From: Vitrella brassicaformis CCMP3155
Taxonomy: Eukaryota; Protista; Chromerida
DNA: 64,000 nucleotides
Assembly: GCA_001179505.1 (NCBI GenBank)
Contig: CDMY01000254.1
Span: 83,632-147,631, forward strand
Reading direction: 5' to 3'
The notes beneath the pieces are model-generated. The model saw only the letters and a list, made by a program, of their open reading frames with translations, did no database searches and had not been told where the DNA came from. Of the stretch, positions 49,058 through 61,858 are shown one piece after another. The stretch's first letter is position 1, and every line of letters begins with the position of its first letter. Made by a program: the position numbers and the translations under genes.

Positions 49058-50406
49058 ATGCGGCCCGGTCTCCCCCGTATGCGGCCGCCTCCTCGATTCT
49101 TTTTTGCCCATGTCAGCCTGGGATTCGTGCTGTGTTTGATCCTTGATGTCAGCGCCGTCTATTCGGCCATCAACATCTCTTACCCAGCGACGGACCTCTT
49201 GGCCAGGGTTCTGCGCTTGACGTCTAGCGACTTCTTTTCGGACGACTTTCGACGGCTATGGTGAGTTAAACATTTGTGCACAGCCGAACAGACGCTGCTC
49301 TCATCTTCTGAATGCTCCTTCAGCGAGCCTATCAATATAGCCCTGGCGACTACACGATCATATTTTCTCGGCACGACAGCAGCTATTGCATCCATTCTTG
49401 CACATTCACAAGATCCTGACAGGCTGCATTTCCACATTTTCGTACCACAAAGCTCTGCTGCCCTCTTGGAAGACGTCATAGAGTGCTCTCACGTTGCTGC
49501 CGACAAACTCGCACGAATCAGGATTCATCCCGTGGATATTGACATGAACCTCCCGGAGGTACATCAAAGCCCCGTCAGCATTGCACAGGGTGGCTCCCCC
49601 GCCTTGCACTTCAACTATCTGCGATTTTACCTCGGGGAGCTGCTTCCGAACATCACGGACTGTATTTGGCTTGACTCTGACGTTATCTTCCAAGATGCAA
49701 TCGAGAGGCTCCATGAAGAAGCATGGGGTATGATGTCACATTTCCAATTGTCACTTGTACGAGATGGGGACCACGAAACGTGCGAGGACAAGGAGGACCG
49801 TGACGGCTCAGGATGGCGGCATTCAACTAATGCGAGCCAGGAGGTGCCTTCTTGGATTCCCCTCTCGGATGTTCGCAGCTTTCCTGCAGCCTTTGCAATA
49901 CCGGCCCCACCCGACCCGTTCCCTCTCTCTCATGCGCTCAACGCTCGAGGCAAATCTGTCCTCACGGGATTGAGAATCAGCCCAAGACACGCACTTCTGC
50001 TCAACCCAGGGGTCTTCGTGGCAAATTTGACATTATGCCGCAAGCTCCGCGTTTCGAAAAAGTTTGAGCAGGTGATCAATACTTTGCGAGAGAATGATGC
50101 TGGTCAAGGGCCAGGGATGCACTACAACGAGAGTATCAGAGAGTCTGCAAACCTGCCCTTCTCTCTGTTGGCTCAACGCGTGGGTTGGGCCCCGCTGTCA
50201 CACAACTGGAACGTGCTCTGGGCAGGTGTGGAGACACGCAGCCGCCAGTGAACGATTCAAGAAGGAGTGCTGTGTATGCAGGCCAGAAGAGCTATTACAT
50301 GAATAATCTGCACAGGGCGCATGTACTAAACTACTCAGGCCCAGTCAAGCCTTGGACATGGCTAACGAGAAATGCGGTTCTGTGCACGGATCAAACAGGA
50401 CAATAA
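49058..50406 (+). CDS. GT8 glycosyltransferase (GATL-like), paralog of the gene at 33538-34896
   Basis: Signal anchor, INIALATTRSYFLGTTAAIASILAHS...LHFHIF, NYLRFYLGELLP...IWLDSDV (DxD), LNPGVFVANL, NLPFSLLA, WN, VLNYSGPVKPW. Confidence 0.9.
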
Positions 50407-51010
50407 ACCTGAGATTCGTACTTTTTTTAGAGGCTTTTCAAGCAGTACACTATATCCAAGCAATGTCTCGCAGGTCTGCAAATGTATCGTTTGTCTCCCG
50501 GTATTTATCTGTTAACAACTTGCTTTGCGCAGACAGGGAGGAGTCGGAGAACGACTCAAGGCAAGCGTTCCACTATGTGCCTTCGTTTCGTTTCTACGCT
50601 CGCTGTTCATCTGTCGGAGACGCGGAATCGCAATTCTGTGAGATCAACCAAACCGTCAGTCAATCCCTACAGCGAAAAGCACAGTACATGGTAAAAAGCG
50701 TTGACCAGACGACCGTGGAAGTGTCTCCTCCGTAGACATGGTTTCGTTTGTTGTCTCAGGAGCTTAGTCTGCAGAGGATTGAACGAATTGCCATGAAATT
50801 CGTTTGGAAGAAATGACGTTACAATCATTTTACGAGAGTGATCAATAGATGCAAATGGCTGAGTGTCAACACATACGAGAATTCATACGACAAAGACAGA
50901 CATTGATACAAGAAAGGCCCCTGAAGTCGACGCTAGTTTCCACATCCAGACAACACACAGACTGCCACGACACACACACACACACACACTACATCACCCC
51001 ACGATGTGCA

Positions 51011-52379
51011 CTATTGCTCTACATACTTATACGTCCCCCACAGGTCCCACCACGTCTTAACCAGCGAAGATCGCATAGACGGTTTCAAATACTGGCATCC
51101 ATCATCATACGTCTCAAGAGGTGGCCCGTCAGAAGCGCTGCGCCAGCAAGCACGCCGCAACCACGCGTACTTGTGTCTCCTTGTGCGGCTCTTGACGAAG
51201 TTTGTCCAACTATTCGGACCACTCCACGGCTTGACACCACCCTTGTAGTGCAAAATGACAGGTCGCCAGGACGGGTCATCCTTGAGTTTGCCATTGATTG
51301 CTTCAAGGTCTACAGGAACGACCAAAAGACATTATGAGCACAGGCAGACATCGACACAGCTCGTTACCCTCCGAGCCCACAAAGACATTATATTCCATAG
51401 GCAGCTCACGAAAGCTTCCATTGAAGAAAAAATTGAGTGCGGTCTGGTCGTCGAATCCCCACTGACGGTTCCATCCGCCAATCGTGGATGAGGCATTCGA
51501 GCACCGGAGCGCTGGCAGACTCATTAACAAGACGCCTGCTATGTAGAAAGAAAGTGTCGTTTGAAAAATCGCCGTGAGCCGCACACCTGGGTTGAATGTC
51601 TTGCTGCCTCCCTTCCACATAATCTTGTCTTTCAGTCCTCCTGTTTCCAGCCATTTGTCGACAGATCCCTCGGTGCTCTCGACATGTCGCGGCTTAGCCG
51701 CAATGGCTTCGTCAGGTCCCAGTGGCATGACGAACAAAGGCTCGAGGGAGCCATTCACGATGACATCGTAGTCGAGGTAAAGGACTTTTGCGACAGAAAG
51801 AGGTAGCAGGGCAGGCAACAAGATGCGGATGTTCGTCGCGCTCGTGATGGGGGCTTCGCCGGTGCTGACGTCGTTGCGTCGCATTGCCGCACCGACTCGA
51901 TTGCTTCGGAAAGTCAGAAAAGCACCTTCAAGTTGAGTGAAGTTGATCAGGTGCAACTGCAAAGAGGGCCACCTTCTCCTGGACACGGCTTCGTCCTCAA
52001 GCACGATGATTGTTGGGTGATGAGAAGGGACGTCCATCGTCACAAGATGGACATCAACGCACCCCGTCACTGCCGTGTCGCGATGGTTGACGTGCAGTGA
52101 GTTGAGGAGCGTCGGAATGGGCTGAAGGCCAGCATCATCCACCCCGAGTGCTATGTGGGCCCTACGGTCACCACAGGCCTGGTCCGTTGCAGTTCTGCCC
52201 TGTGCTCGCGCCATGCACTCGCGAAAGGCGTTGCTTCTAGAGCTTCCATTCACCCAAGGAGATTGCGACGAAAGCTCCAACAGCTGACGGCCAGGCGGGT
52301 GGAACGGAGGAATGAACTGCGCCAGGAGAAAGAAAGCCGCCAACGATGTAACGCAACAAACGAAACGAAGGTAGGTCAT
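51011..52379 (-). CDS. GT8 glycosyltransferase (LgtC/RfaJ-type DQ motif)
   Basis: Signal anchor, HIALGVDD...LLNSL, NIRILLPALLPLSVAKVLYLDYDVIV (DxD), FNPGV|LLMSL, DDQTALNFFFNG...LPMEYN, ILHYKGGVKPW. Confidence 0.92.
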
Positions 52380-52613
52380 GAGTCCAAAACATGGGTCACA
52401 TTTTCCCCTTCCACAGGATATCACGACTGATACGCGATTGCAACCCTAACTCGTGCACGTACTTTTCTGATCGTTATCGTCCGGGAGACACGAGTCAAAC
52501 ACATAACCAGCTAAGCGGCCTTTCTCCCAATACCCGCGGCGAGGCCGCCTCGCCTCCCCGCGAGCATTAACCACTGCCCACGGTCCTTTCCGGCCACTGA
52601 TGTAGAAGACGTC

Positions 52614-54561
52614 CTATCGTTTCTGTCTTTCGCAGACGACTTGCTTTAGCCAAAGTTCAAGCATTGCCATGTCACTTGCGTCGCCCGACTGCAGATTCAT
52701 ATGATACATGAAGTGGTGTCGGAGAAGGAGCAAATCGTGTTGCTTCTGCATCACTTCAGCCACAGACATATTCAAAAGTATCTCCCTAGTCTTCCTTACA
52801 TCCGCCTCCCGAACCAGCACAGCGAGAGTCGTCCAGTCCCAGAAGCATCCCTGTGGCATCCAGTAGTCATCAGCCAGCACGACTGGGATGCAGCCGAAGA
52901 ACATCGCCTCCATCAGCCTAGGGCTCCAGCCTCTCCATCCCCTCGGACACAGACAGAAAATAGAATTTCGTAGTCCGCTCTCATACTCTCGCCGCCTGAA
53001 CTTGTGCTGGACGACAAACGACCCGGGCGTATCTTGAAAGATCTTGACAAGGTCAGCACGCACAGTATTTCTTATCTTTCCCGCGAAGAAAACGAAATAG
53101 CGCCGACCAGTGGCTTGAAGCAACGTAGAGACCGTTGATGCAGACGAGTGCTTATATTCTGGCCCGATGATCGGTCCTGTGACGTCTCTAAGTGCTCTCG
53201 CTGCAAGCATGATGTTACCTGACAGGCTAATGGAGACATCGCGGCGCGGATCGAAACTACACCATAATGTGAACACAGCCGGGATACAAAAAGGGGAACA
53301 TCCATAATGTGATTTCAATGAGGCCGCACTTCCACAGCTGACATGTACGGCGGCTTATAGGGGATCTTGATCGGCTTACTCGACGACCAGGACTTGAATC
53401 TCTCCACGTTGTGCATCTATTCAGGATGGATTGGACAATATGTCTCAATCCGATGCTACGGACTACCTTACCGTTTCATACTCATGTCTCTTAACCAGGT
53501 CAGCAGTGCATGTGAGTACACTGCCGTTATGGACAAAGACGGGGTCAGCAAACGCGAGAAAGTCTGCTCGTCCACCGTCGTGGGATGTTGTCAAAAAATG
53601 CAATCGCCCTTTTGAACGGTTGAAGTAGGGAAATTGCTTCGTGATGTCCTCGATCGTTTTCCTTATGTCTTCTGCGCTCCGCCAGACGTCAAAGTTCGGA
53701 ACAGTCAAATCTGGCATGAAGTGAGCCAGCAACTGATTCCAATGGACTCTGAGATCATTGCGGTGCGCGAAGGTGGCTGTGGTCGGGAAGACAGGCAAGG
53801 CAAACAGAGCATCGGTTTCTTCAGGCAATGCTGTTTCCGACGGTAAAACCGCGAAGTTGGGCAACTGCTGCATGTTTGACCTGTGCAAGATGCATCATAC
53901 TTATCGCGACAGTGTGGGTCAATGTTCATATAATGCGTGGTGGGCCGACTGACCAGATGATGCGCTCCGTCTGATACCCTGTCAGCAATGGACAGAATAG
54001 AAAATCACTGGCAGAATGTGGTCATGTGTTACCCGGATTTCCTGACGCTCTGAGAATCTGTCGAACCGACAGGAATTCAGGAATCATCCTGAAGTCTGCA
54101 AATTAGAACCACACTGAAAGTGGATACGCCTCTGCAAGGCATGTACCTGTGGTGGTTATCGGATATTGATACACAGTGAGATTGCAGTGCATTTCGTTTA
54201 GAAGGTCCGCCACCAATTCGTCCATATGTGACAAACCGCGTCCCTTTGCATTCTTCCCGCCGAAATGCCTCGTTGTCGCAACGAAGTCCGGCACACCATT
54301 AGACCTCAAAGGGTGAAGGAGGCATTGGCAAAGTTGTTCAACTTCGCTCCTCTCAGGCTGAGTCTCTTTCCTCCTACGCGCCAGGCATCTCACGTTTGTC
54401 CCGTGGAAGTCGTTCCCAAGAAGCAAGGCCAAATTCAAGATATCATTTGATAGGCGCATCTCGAAAATGAGCTCCTTCACGACGCCTCGCACGACCAGAA
54501 AGACAACGACAGCGGCCAAACTGACCCCAAGCAACAAGCGGAACTTCACTCTCATCACCAT
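52614..54561 (-). CDS. Exostosin-family glycosyltransferase (GT47), multi-exon
   Basis: Signal anchor, LTVYQYP, FPYFNRSKGRLHFLTTSHDGG, FDPRRDVSI, RRYFVFFAG, RNSIFCLCPRGWRGWSPRLMEAMFFGCIPVVLADDYWMP...DW. Confidence 0.93.
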
Positions 54562-54779
54562 GAATCAATGCAGCACCCTGAGTTTCAGCCAGCGTTTCCA
54601 TCGACATGAGGACTCCACATGGAGACAAAATCCGGTTGTTTTAGGGGAAGCGGCCGTAAAAGCGCGAGGGGGATTCGTTGCTACCTTGGTGAATGGGGTG
54701 AACCCCGAGCATTCAGTCGGCAAAGACCAGAAAAATCACCCGGGAGAAGGGAAAAGGCAATGCAGGCAGGAATCGCAAC

Positions 54780-55983
54780 ATGCCTGTGCTCTCCTTGTTT
54801 GTGATTTTTTTGGTATTGGCACTGCTCGCCACGTCCCTCTTCTTCGCGGTTCAATCACCCGAATGTGTGACTCTGACGCTGGGAGACAGCCATGGCTTTG
54901 CAGTCAGCTGCGACGGCACACAGCCCTCGATACCGCGACAGGTAATGCAGCATCGCAGCCATTGGTCCCCAGAAATAGTAGCTCTGTTGTGCAGGTCTTT
55001 CTCACAACAAAAGACAAAGCAACAATGAGAACGTGGGAAAGAAAGAACATAAAGAAGTGCAAGAGTGTGAATCCCGGATGGGCTTTTAACTTGTACAACG
55101 ACACGGAGATTAATGACTACGTGCAAGAAAGATTTCCTGAGATGATGGATGTGTGGGGATTCTTTCGGAACAGTGTCGAGAAGACGGTAGGAGTATGGCA
55201 TAATTATCACGCAGTAGGTGGCACTACTGGCAATGCGACGATCTGAGCAGGACTTTTGGCGATATCTAATTGTCTACGACTACGGAGGATTATACATGGA
55301 CACCGACATCGATTGTCGCCGCCCCATTGACGAGTTGATAGTCAACAAGAGCATTAGAGGTCAGTACTGAGAAGCAGAAGAGGAAGAAGAGGAGCCGTCT
55401 TGTTGATGCGTCACAAATGCGCTTTTGCAGGCCTTGTTGGTCTGGAGAACGTGCAAGAAGGGGATGACGTAGTGCAATTTGCGCAGGTCCAACTCTCGCT
55501 CGTTTGCCCGAGGATCGCAACCTTTTGTCTCATTTTGAACTGCAGTACAGTTTTGCCTTCGCCCCACGACATGTAGTTCCACTGTGGACCCTCAAGGAGA
55601 TACGCAACAAAGTGCAGGCAATCAAGGTATCGGGCTCTTCAGATGTGTACGCCCTCAACCTTACAGGACCCATCATATGGACGAGCGCTATTTTGCAGTA
55701 TATGAGTGTCTTTGGCATGGGTAAGGCGGCAACCTTCCAACGGGGGGATCACCTTGTCGGCGACATGCAGCTGCTGGACATCAATCGATTTGGCGCGATG
55801 AAAGGGCGGTCAATTGCGACGCGTGACTGCAAGCATCCCGACATCTATATGATCCATCAATTTGCCGGAAGCTGGGTTGCCAAGTACAGAGGGTACACAG
55901 ACGAGCAGATGGCAGACGGAGGGAAACAGACACGATCAAGCAGTCGAAACAACTGGAGACCCCGTTGCGCGGACAATCGGTGA
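54780..55983 (+). CDS. GT32 (OCH1-like, DxD sugar-binding) glycosyltransferase, multi-exon
   Basis: Signal anchor, SIPRQ|VFLT, SVNPGWAFNLYND, EKT|DFWRYLIVYDYGGLYMDTDIDCRRPID, LQYSFAFAPRH, LTGPIIWT, MIHQFAGSW. Confidence 0.92.
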
Positions 55984-56208
55984 GGGCAACAACATCTGTG
56001 TCTAGCCACAAGGCAAATCGAGCTGCCGGAGGAAGACCGGTCATGTAAAATATTAAGCTGATTGATTGTGTGGAGAACTGGACGGTTGCAGGAGAATGGG
56101 GTCGGGCATGTGTTTTCAGCACACAAAAGACTTTTCTTTGTCCTTTCACTTGAATGTGACCTCGTCGGGAGACACTGGCATATTGGTAACATCGGATGGG
56201 CAACGCTT

Positions 56209-56854
56209 TCAGGGGATCGGCAATAAGACGTGCGAAAGGGCCTGACGAAAGTGAATCGAAGCAGTGGAATTCAGATTCTTTGAACCAGTGTGAATCACAA
56301 ATGTGTGACATCGACATTTTCTCGGCCATGCCGGGTGTGGGTCTACGCACTGTTTGGTGTTCACGCAAAAAGGAGACGGTATTGTTGATATTGTCGCGTG
56401 AGACGAATTTTTTACCTGGAAGCATTTGTCTCCTTTTTGCGTGAGACATACGGAGGCGCATCGGTTGGGACGACGATACGGACATGTCAGATTACAAGTT
56501 TGCCAGCCAAGAGGAGGCCGCGAGGTGAATGCAGCGGTGCATCAGGGGCTGGACTTTTTGTCCCCCAGAGACGGCTGGCCAGACAGGAAGCAATTGTGTG
56601 TTGCACTCCAGCCAGAGAGACTTGATCCGCAAAGCCGATGGGTCTACATTCAGTGTCAGCTCAGTCGGTAGGGTCCGTAGATTCATCAAACACTTCCCGG
56701 TATTGTCTGCTGACAGAGAGGATATAGATATGGCTATTGAGATGGCTATTGAGATGGCTGTTGAGTATAGGGAGTGCGCGAGAGGAGGTGCGTTCGTTAG
56801 AGCTCGCCGCTGAGGCAGCAAAGGCCCAGGCCTTGTTGGAAGTGGAGAAATCAT
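56209..56854 (-). pseudogene. Chimeric or partial duplicate locus: unrelated upstream exon plus a copy of the GT34 last intron and terminal exon
   Basis: About 56165-56420 is homologous to about 57010-57255. Terminal exon reads CVDPHPAWPRKCRCHTFVIHTGSKNL...LLPIP*. The upstream ORF has a 12-bp tandem repeat (AISI x3) and no GT34 core. Confidence 0.45.
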
Positions 56855-56903
56855 GAGTGTGTGGCTATGCGTACGAGGGGGAAGAAGAGGAAGTCAGAAG
56901 AGT
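56855..56903 (-). repeat. Dispersed ~50-bp motif, copy 3 of 3, directly upstream of an ATG
   Basis: Reverse complement reads ctcttctgacttcctcttcttccccctcgtacgcatagccacacactc-ATG. Confidence 0.75.
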
Positions 56904-57055
56904 CGTTGCTTACAGAGGACAATTAGTAGTTGACTGATTGACTGGTTGTGGCGAGCATAGAATCGGGTGACACTGATTGAGCTAGGAGAGGGGGTTAGAA
57001 TTCAGGCGGTCGTTGGGAGACACTGCATGTACATTAAAAAATGCATCTCAGTGGA

Positions 57056-58480
57056 TCACATGGGCAACAAGACATGCCCAAGATTCTGACGAAAGTCCAG
57101 CAGAGCTTTGGACTGCAGATTCTTTGAACCAGCGTGAATCACAAATGTGTGACATCGGCACTTTCTCCGCCATGCCGGGTGTGGGTCTACGCACTGTTGG
57201 CGTCACAAGGAAAAGATTTATCGTTGCGTGATATCGAGGTCTTAACTTACCTGGAGAAGAGTTGCCTGTGACGGACCATTATCGACAGCAAGCAAGAATG
57301 GGACAGTTTTAAAATCTTGTAGCCTTTGCTGTCTTCGCCCGATGCAGTAGAATGCGCGGTGACAGTGATACCACCGAATATCAGCACTTTTAGCACTTCT
57401 CCAGCATTCGTTGTCCTTCAATTTTCTGTGAATGCAGGCGTCGTTGTACGAGAAGCTGCCGTTCGCATACGCTTGGAAGGCGTGTTGAATGGCATGCTGG
57501 AGTGACGTCTGCTCAGCCGGATGCCGCTGGAAGAAATGTCCATCGTCCCAGGCCCGAGTCAGAACCATGTCTGTCCACTTTCCTTTCCTTCTGAAGATCA
57601 TGACACCTGCGACGGAAGGCAGAGAAAGGCAAAGGCGGGTCATATGGACAAATGAAAGGCGGTACCGGTATTCAGCCATGAGTCCTTCTGCACAATGAGT
57701 TGAACATTAGAGAGCACCTGAGGTTCCCGGGCGATTAAGTCACTGTAAGCGGTGTAGAGTCGAGGCGAAAAGAAGTCTGTGACAAGAAGATTGTAATCTT
57801 TGACAAAGGCGTCACTATCCATCCACAGCACAGTGGAATACGCCTTCAGTAGACGGCGAATAAGCAATATCTGAAAAAGAAGTGTGTGGAACGTATGAAG
57901 GCACAAGAATTCAAAGGCTACCTTTACATAGTACACCGATCTCCCTTCCAGGTTGGAGTGACTGCTATCTTGGACAAATAGAGGAATATTTCGTAGGTGA
58001 GCATAAAGTGCGATATTAAAGATGCAGTCGAGACATGCCAGGTTGATCAAAGTGGCATTTTTGGCGCCAAATAGAAACTGCACATATACAGACACCCACA
58101 CACTCGCCCGTCGGATTCCCTCTTGCACTATGGTTCATTCTGTATGTTACGTTCCAGGCCGTGGCCATGACCACAGACGGCGACTCTGTTATTGCCTCAA
58201 TTTTCGCCCCTCGGCGACTCAATGTTCGCAATGCCAGTGCCAGCGTATCGCCCTCGAAATAGACTCTGTAGGTCTCGCAAGGCTCCTGTCTTGTCTTGAT
58301 ATGAGAGGTGACATGAATGTCCGCAGCGAGATCTGTCTCATTCCCTCGCAGCCTGCAAATGAGGGGGCACGGGTCGTCTAGTTGCTGTTGAGTCTTCGGA
58401 GGAAGAGGAAACGAGTCGAACGGGAAGAAGAGGAGACGAATCATAGAAGAAGAACGGCTGCGACGATGACGAGACTCCAC
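57056..58480 (-). CDS. GT34 (GMA12/MNN10-like) glycosyltransferase, multi-exon; N-terminus unresolved
   Basis: NIALYAHLRNIPL, YYVK...IRRLLKAYSTVLWMDSDAFV (DxD), LIVQKDSWLNT|AGVMIFR...WTDMVLTRAW...EQTSLQ, terminal FVIHAGSK. Confidence 0.82.
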
Positions 58481-59492
58481 CAGAGTGTGTGCACGGGATT
58501 AACGGAAAGCGCGTCAGCACGAGGAGTCCGTCAAGAATGCAAACTAAAAACTAGCTAGCTGTCCCTTCCATTCAATCACTGCAAGCATGCCAAATGTAAC
58601 CCTCTGCCCGACCACCCACCGAGTCCGTCATAGATCATCAACCCTTGACATATAGAGTGCACATAAGTGATGCCCCTGGGGAAGTGGCCGTCAACCAGAT
58701 GTTCAAACGACGACGCACAAAGGGACTCCACCAGACCATCTTCATTTTGTTTCTTCCCTGAACGCTGAATGTGAAATAGTTCAGAGACCTCGAGTCTGAA
58801 CCCCATCTCAAATGGCAACGGCCCATCCACGGCTGACCGACGAGGCCCTCTGTACTGAGGAATTTACATTGACAGTGCAAATTCGCAGGGGCCGTTGTCC
58901 GCGGAACCCAATGCGGCGGCGTGACTGCCCGACGAATGCAAACAAGTACAAGCGATGCAGCTGCAGAAACACGTACTTCTAGCGTTCTTCTGACAGAATT
59001 GCGCAGGAGTCGGCGAGTCGCCCCCCATGTCGGCCATCTCGGTGATGCATGATCTGATTGCCCAGATGCTGAAATATCTCTTCCAATGCAGGCATGCTGT
59101 TCCAGCCTGCCGGCACATCAGCGTTCAGCCGGGTGCCGAAAAGAAGTGATCTTCCGGCAATGTCCGTGCACTTTCCCTTCTAACGATCACAACGCCTGCC
59201 AGGACAACAGAAGGGAAGCGGCTCATTGACAACAGAAAGGCCATGCCCTTCTGAACTTTCCCGCGTAACTCAATCAGGATTGGTGCACAGCAGAGGAGCT
59301 CGAAATTCTTGATCTATCTCGAGCATGGCTCAGACACAATGTGCCAGAGCCAGTGGTTTCGCGGGGAGAGAAATCAATCCGTCAATTCTCTCTCTCTGAC
59401 GGAGAGACGATGTTCTGAGGAGGGTGCCGTCAGCCACGAGATAAAAGAAGGGCCGTCAGCGGCGAGACTTCGCGCCCAGCGGTCAGCCGCGC

Positions 59493-60380
59493 ATGGTTCG
59501 TGGACTTGTCATTGCGTCTCTGGCTTCCGTATCCCTTTGGGTCATTGCAATGACTCGTTTCCATTTTCACGGTGGCCGACACTGTCCTGAGGACGCCAGT
59601 GCCGGGGGAAGACTGCTTTCGCTGGCTAGCCACCCAGCCAAGCAAATCAGTGGTATGCATGAATGCCTGTGGATTCTTGTAGACCAGCTCCAACGCCACA
59701 TCCAAACGCTGCCCATTCTCGCACACCGGAACCAGCTTGGTGCGATGCTTCAAAGGCTGGATAACATGGAAGTCGGTGCTGAGATTGGAGTACAGCAGGG
59801 CCACTTCTCCAAGATTACACTGAGCCGCTGGTCCAAGGCGAAGATGTATTATCTCATTGACGTCTGGCTCAAAACAAGACGCCAGCTATGGAGGCACGGG
59901 GTTCGGTGACCAGGCTAACAGGGATGACCAGACACAAGAGAGATTCTATCGAGAAGCCCAAGCCGCTCTGTCTCGCTATGAGAACAAAACGGTGTTCATC
60001 AGGGACTTCTCCACCGAGGCGGCAAAGCAGATTCCGGACGGCTCGCTAGACTATGTGTACATCGACGCTCGCCACGATTTCTGTTCGGTATATCAGGACC
60101 TGACGACTTATTGGCGCAAGGTTCGTGACGAGGGAATCATGGCCGGCCATGACTACGATTCGTTGCCGAGATGGAGCACATGCCCGAATGGGACGGTGGA
60201 GCCGTCCGCTGTGAAAGGGGCGGTGAATAAATTTGTGACAGAGAAGGGTGTATCTTCAAGTATGAGGCTGACGGTGAAAAGGAGTACCGATCGTGGTACT
60301 TCCGGAAGCCTGCCATTCATACAGTCGAAGATCTTCCCTCTTCATCCCGCAGGCTTTTAAGAAGTCACTGCGGACTCTGA
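59493..60380 (+). pseudogene. Methyltransf_24-like SAM methyltransferase with signal anchor, split by two apparent frameshifts
   Basis: GAEIGVQQGHFS...YYLIDVW / QDASY...QERFYREA...RDFSTEAA...SLDYVYIDARHDFCSVYQDLTTYWRKVRDEGIMAGHDY...AVKGAVNKF / IFKYEADGEKEYRSWYFRKP, read across three frames. Confidence 0.78.
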
Positions 60381-61304
60381 AGACAGTGCCCGTCTACTCA
60401 TCGAAGAGGCTATCCTGGTCCGAGGAGTACCATCCATCCATCAGTGATATTCATCGGCCTTTCTATCGGGGAGGCAGCGATACCACACAGAATGGACGCA
60501 TGTCTCCGTTGTGCTCCAATGGGAGCCGGTTCAATGACCAATGTCTCAGTGCTCTCGAAGATAGAAAAGGATTGTTTCCGGAAATGAGACTGGATACGGA
60601 AATGCAACTGGATGTCCTTGCAGACAATGGACAAAATTCTTGCTGTCCCTGTGCAGCGAATGTCTGTCTATCTTGTGATTACTCGCCATTCCGTGCGTGC
60701 ATGGATGGGTGTGTGCTTTTGAGGTAGTTTGTATTTCCCCAGATCGACAACTTCGCAACACGCCACGCAACACGAAAGAAACGACAGGCACACGCACCAC
60801 GCCCTACGCTCTTCCCTCTATATCTCTTCACTCCCCTGTTTGGGATGTCTTAAAAAATGGATCGACGGCAGGACATGTTGAAAGACCCTCTCCGCATGTC
60901 TGTGATGCCGATTTCGGCCTGCCGAGGGGAAAGTGGAGTAACGTCCCGTTTGTTAAGAACACGCTTTCAAGCAGTGCACGGAGCAGTGCTGGTAATCACG
61001 AGTCGAGCAAGCGACATCTGAACAGCATCCGTACACGTCATCTTCTTCCCATCTGGCCTTTCTCTTGGCTGTCGTCTGTATTTGCTTGGTCTGAGTCGGG
61101 TGATTCGACATCATTGTCGTCTGCATTTGCTTTGCTCCGTGGTGTTGCAGTCGTTCAATGATGGGCACAGTAGTAATTTCGACGTCCACCGGGTGTTTGT
61201 CCGATTGACCAGAGCTGTCGACAGCGGCCAGCCAGATTAGCCACCGAGTTGGCATGTCTTGACAAGACACGGTTTGACCAGCGCAGGCCGAGGAGCGGGG
61301 GAAG

Positions 61305-61460
61305 GAAGAAGAAGAAGAAGAAAACAACAACAACAACAAGAACAACAAACAAACAAACAAACACACAAAAACAAAACAAAACAAAACAACAACAACAAAA
61401 AAACACAGACACACAAACACACAAACACACAAACACACAAACACACAAGCACACAAACAC
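61305..61460. repeat. Low-complexity AAG/AAC/ACAAAC simple-repeat tract next to gap 3
   Basis: Direct inspection of the sequence. Confidence 0.8.
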
Positions 61461-61558
61461 ACATGGAGGGGTTTTGGGGGATGGTGATGCGACGGGTGGT
61501 CCCGACTTTGTGTCTTTCCGGGACCGAAAAGAAGAAAAAATCCGGCATATGCACCCCC

Positions 61559-61858
61559 NNNNNNNNNNNNNNNNNNNNNNNNNNNNNNNNNNNNNNNNNN
61601 NNNNNNNNNNNNNNNNNNNNNNNNNNNNNNNNNNNNNNNNNNNNNNNNNNNNNNNNNNNNNNNNNNNNNNNNNNNNNNNNNNNNNNNNNNNNNNNNNNNN
61701 NNNNNNNNNNNNNNNNNNNNNNNNNNNNNNNNNNNNNNNNNNNNNNNNNNNNNNNNNNNNNNNNNNNNNNNNNNNNNNNNNNNNNNNNNNNNNNNNNNNN
61801 NNNNNNNNNNNNNNNNNNNNNNNNNNNNNNNNNNNNNNNNNNNNNNNNNNNNNNNNNN
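61559..61858. other. Assembly gap (300 N)
   Basis: N run flanked by C homopolymers. Confidence 1.

Noticed and set aside
55781-56485. 234-aa minus ORF with an LWLDTDVV DxD-like motif
   Set aside because: The motif is antisense to the 3' end of the GT32 gene, and the conserved exon in this region reads in another frame (CVDPHPAW...).
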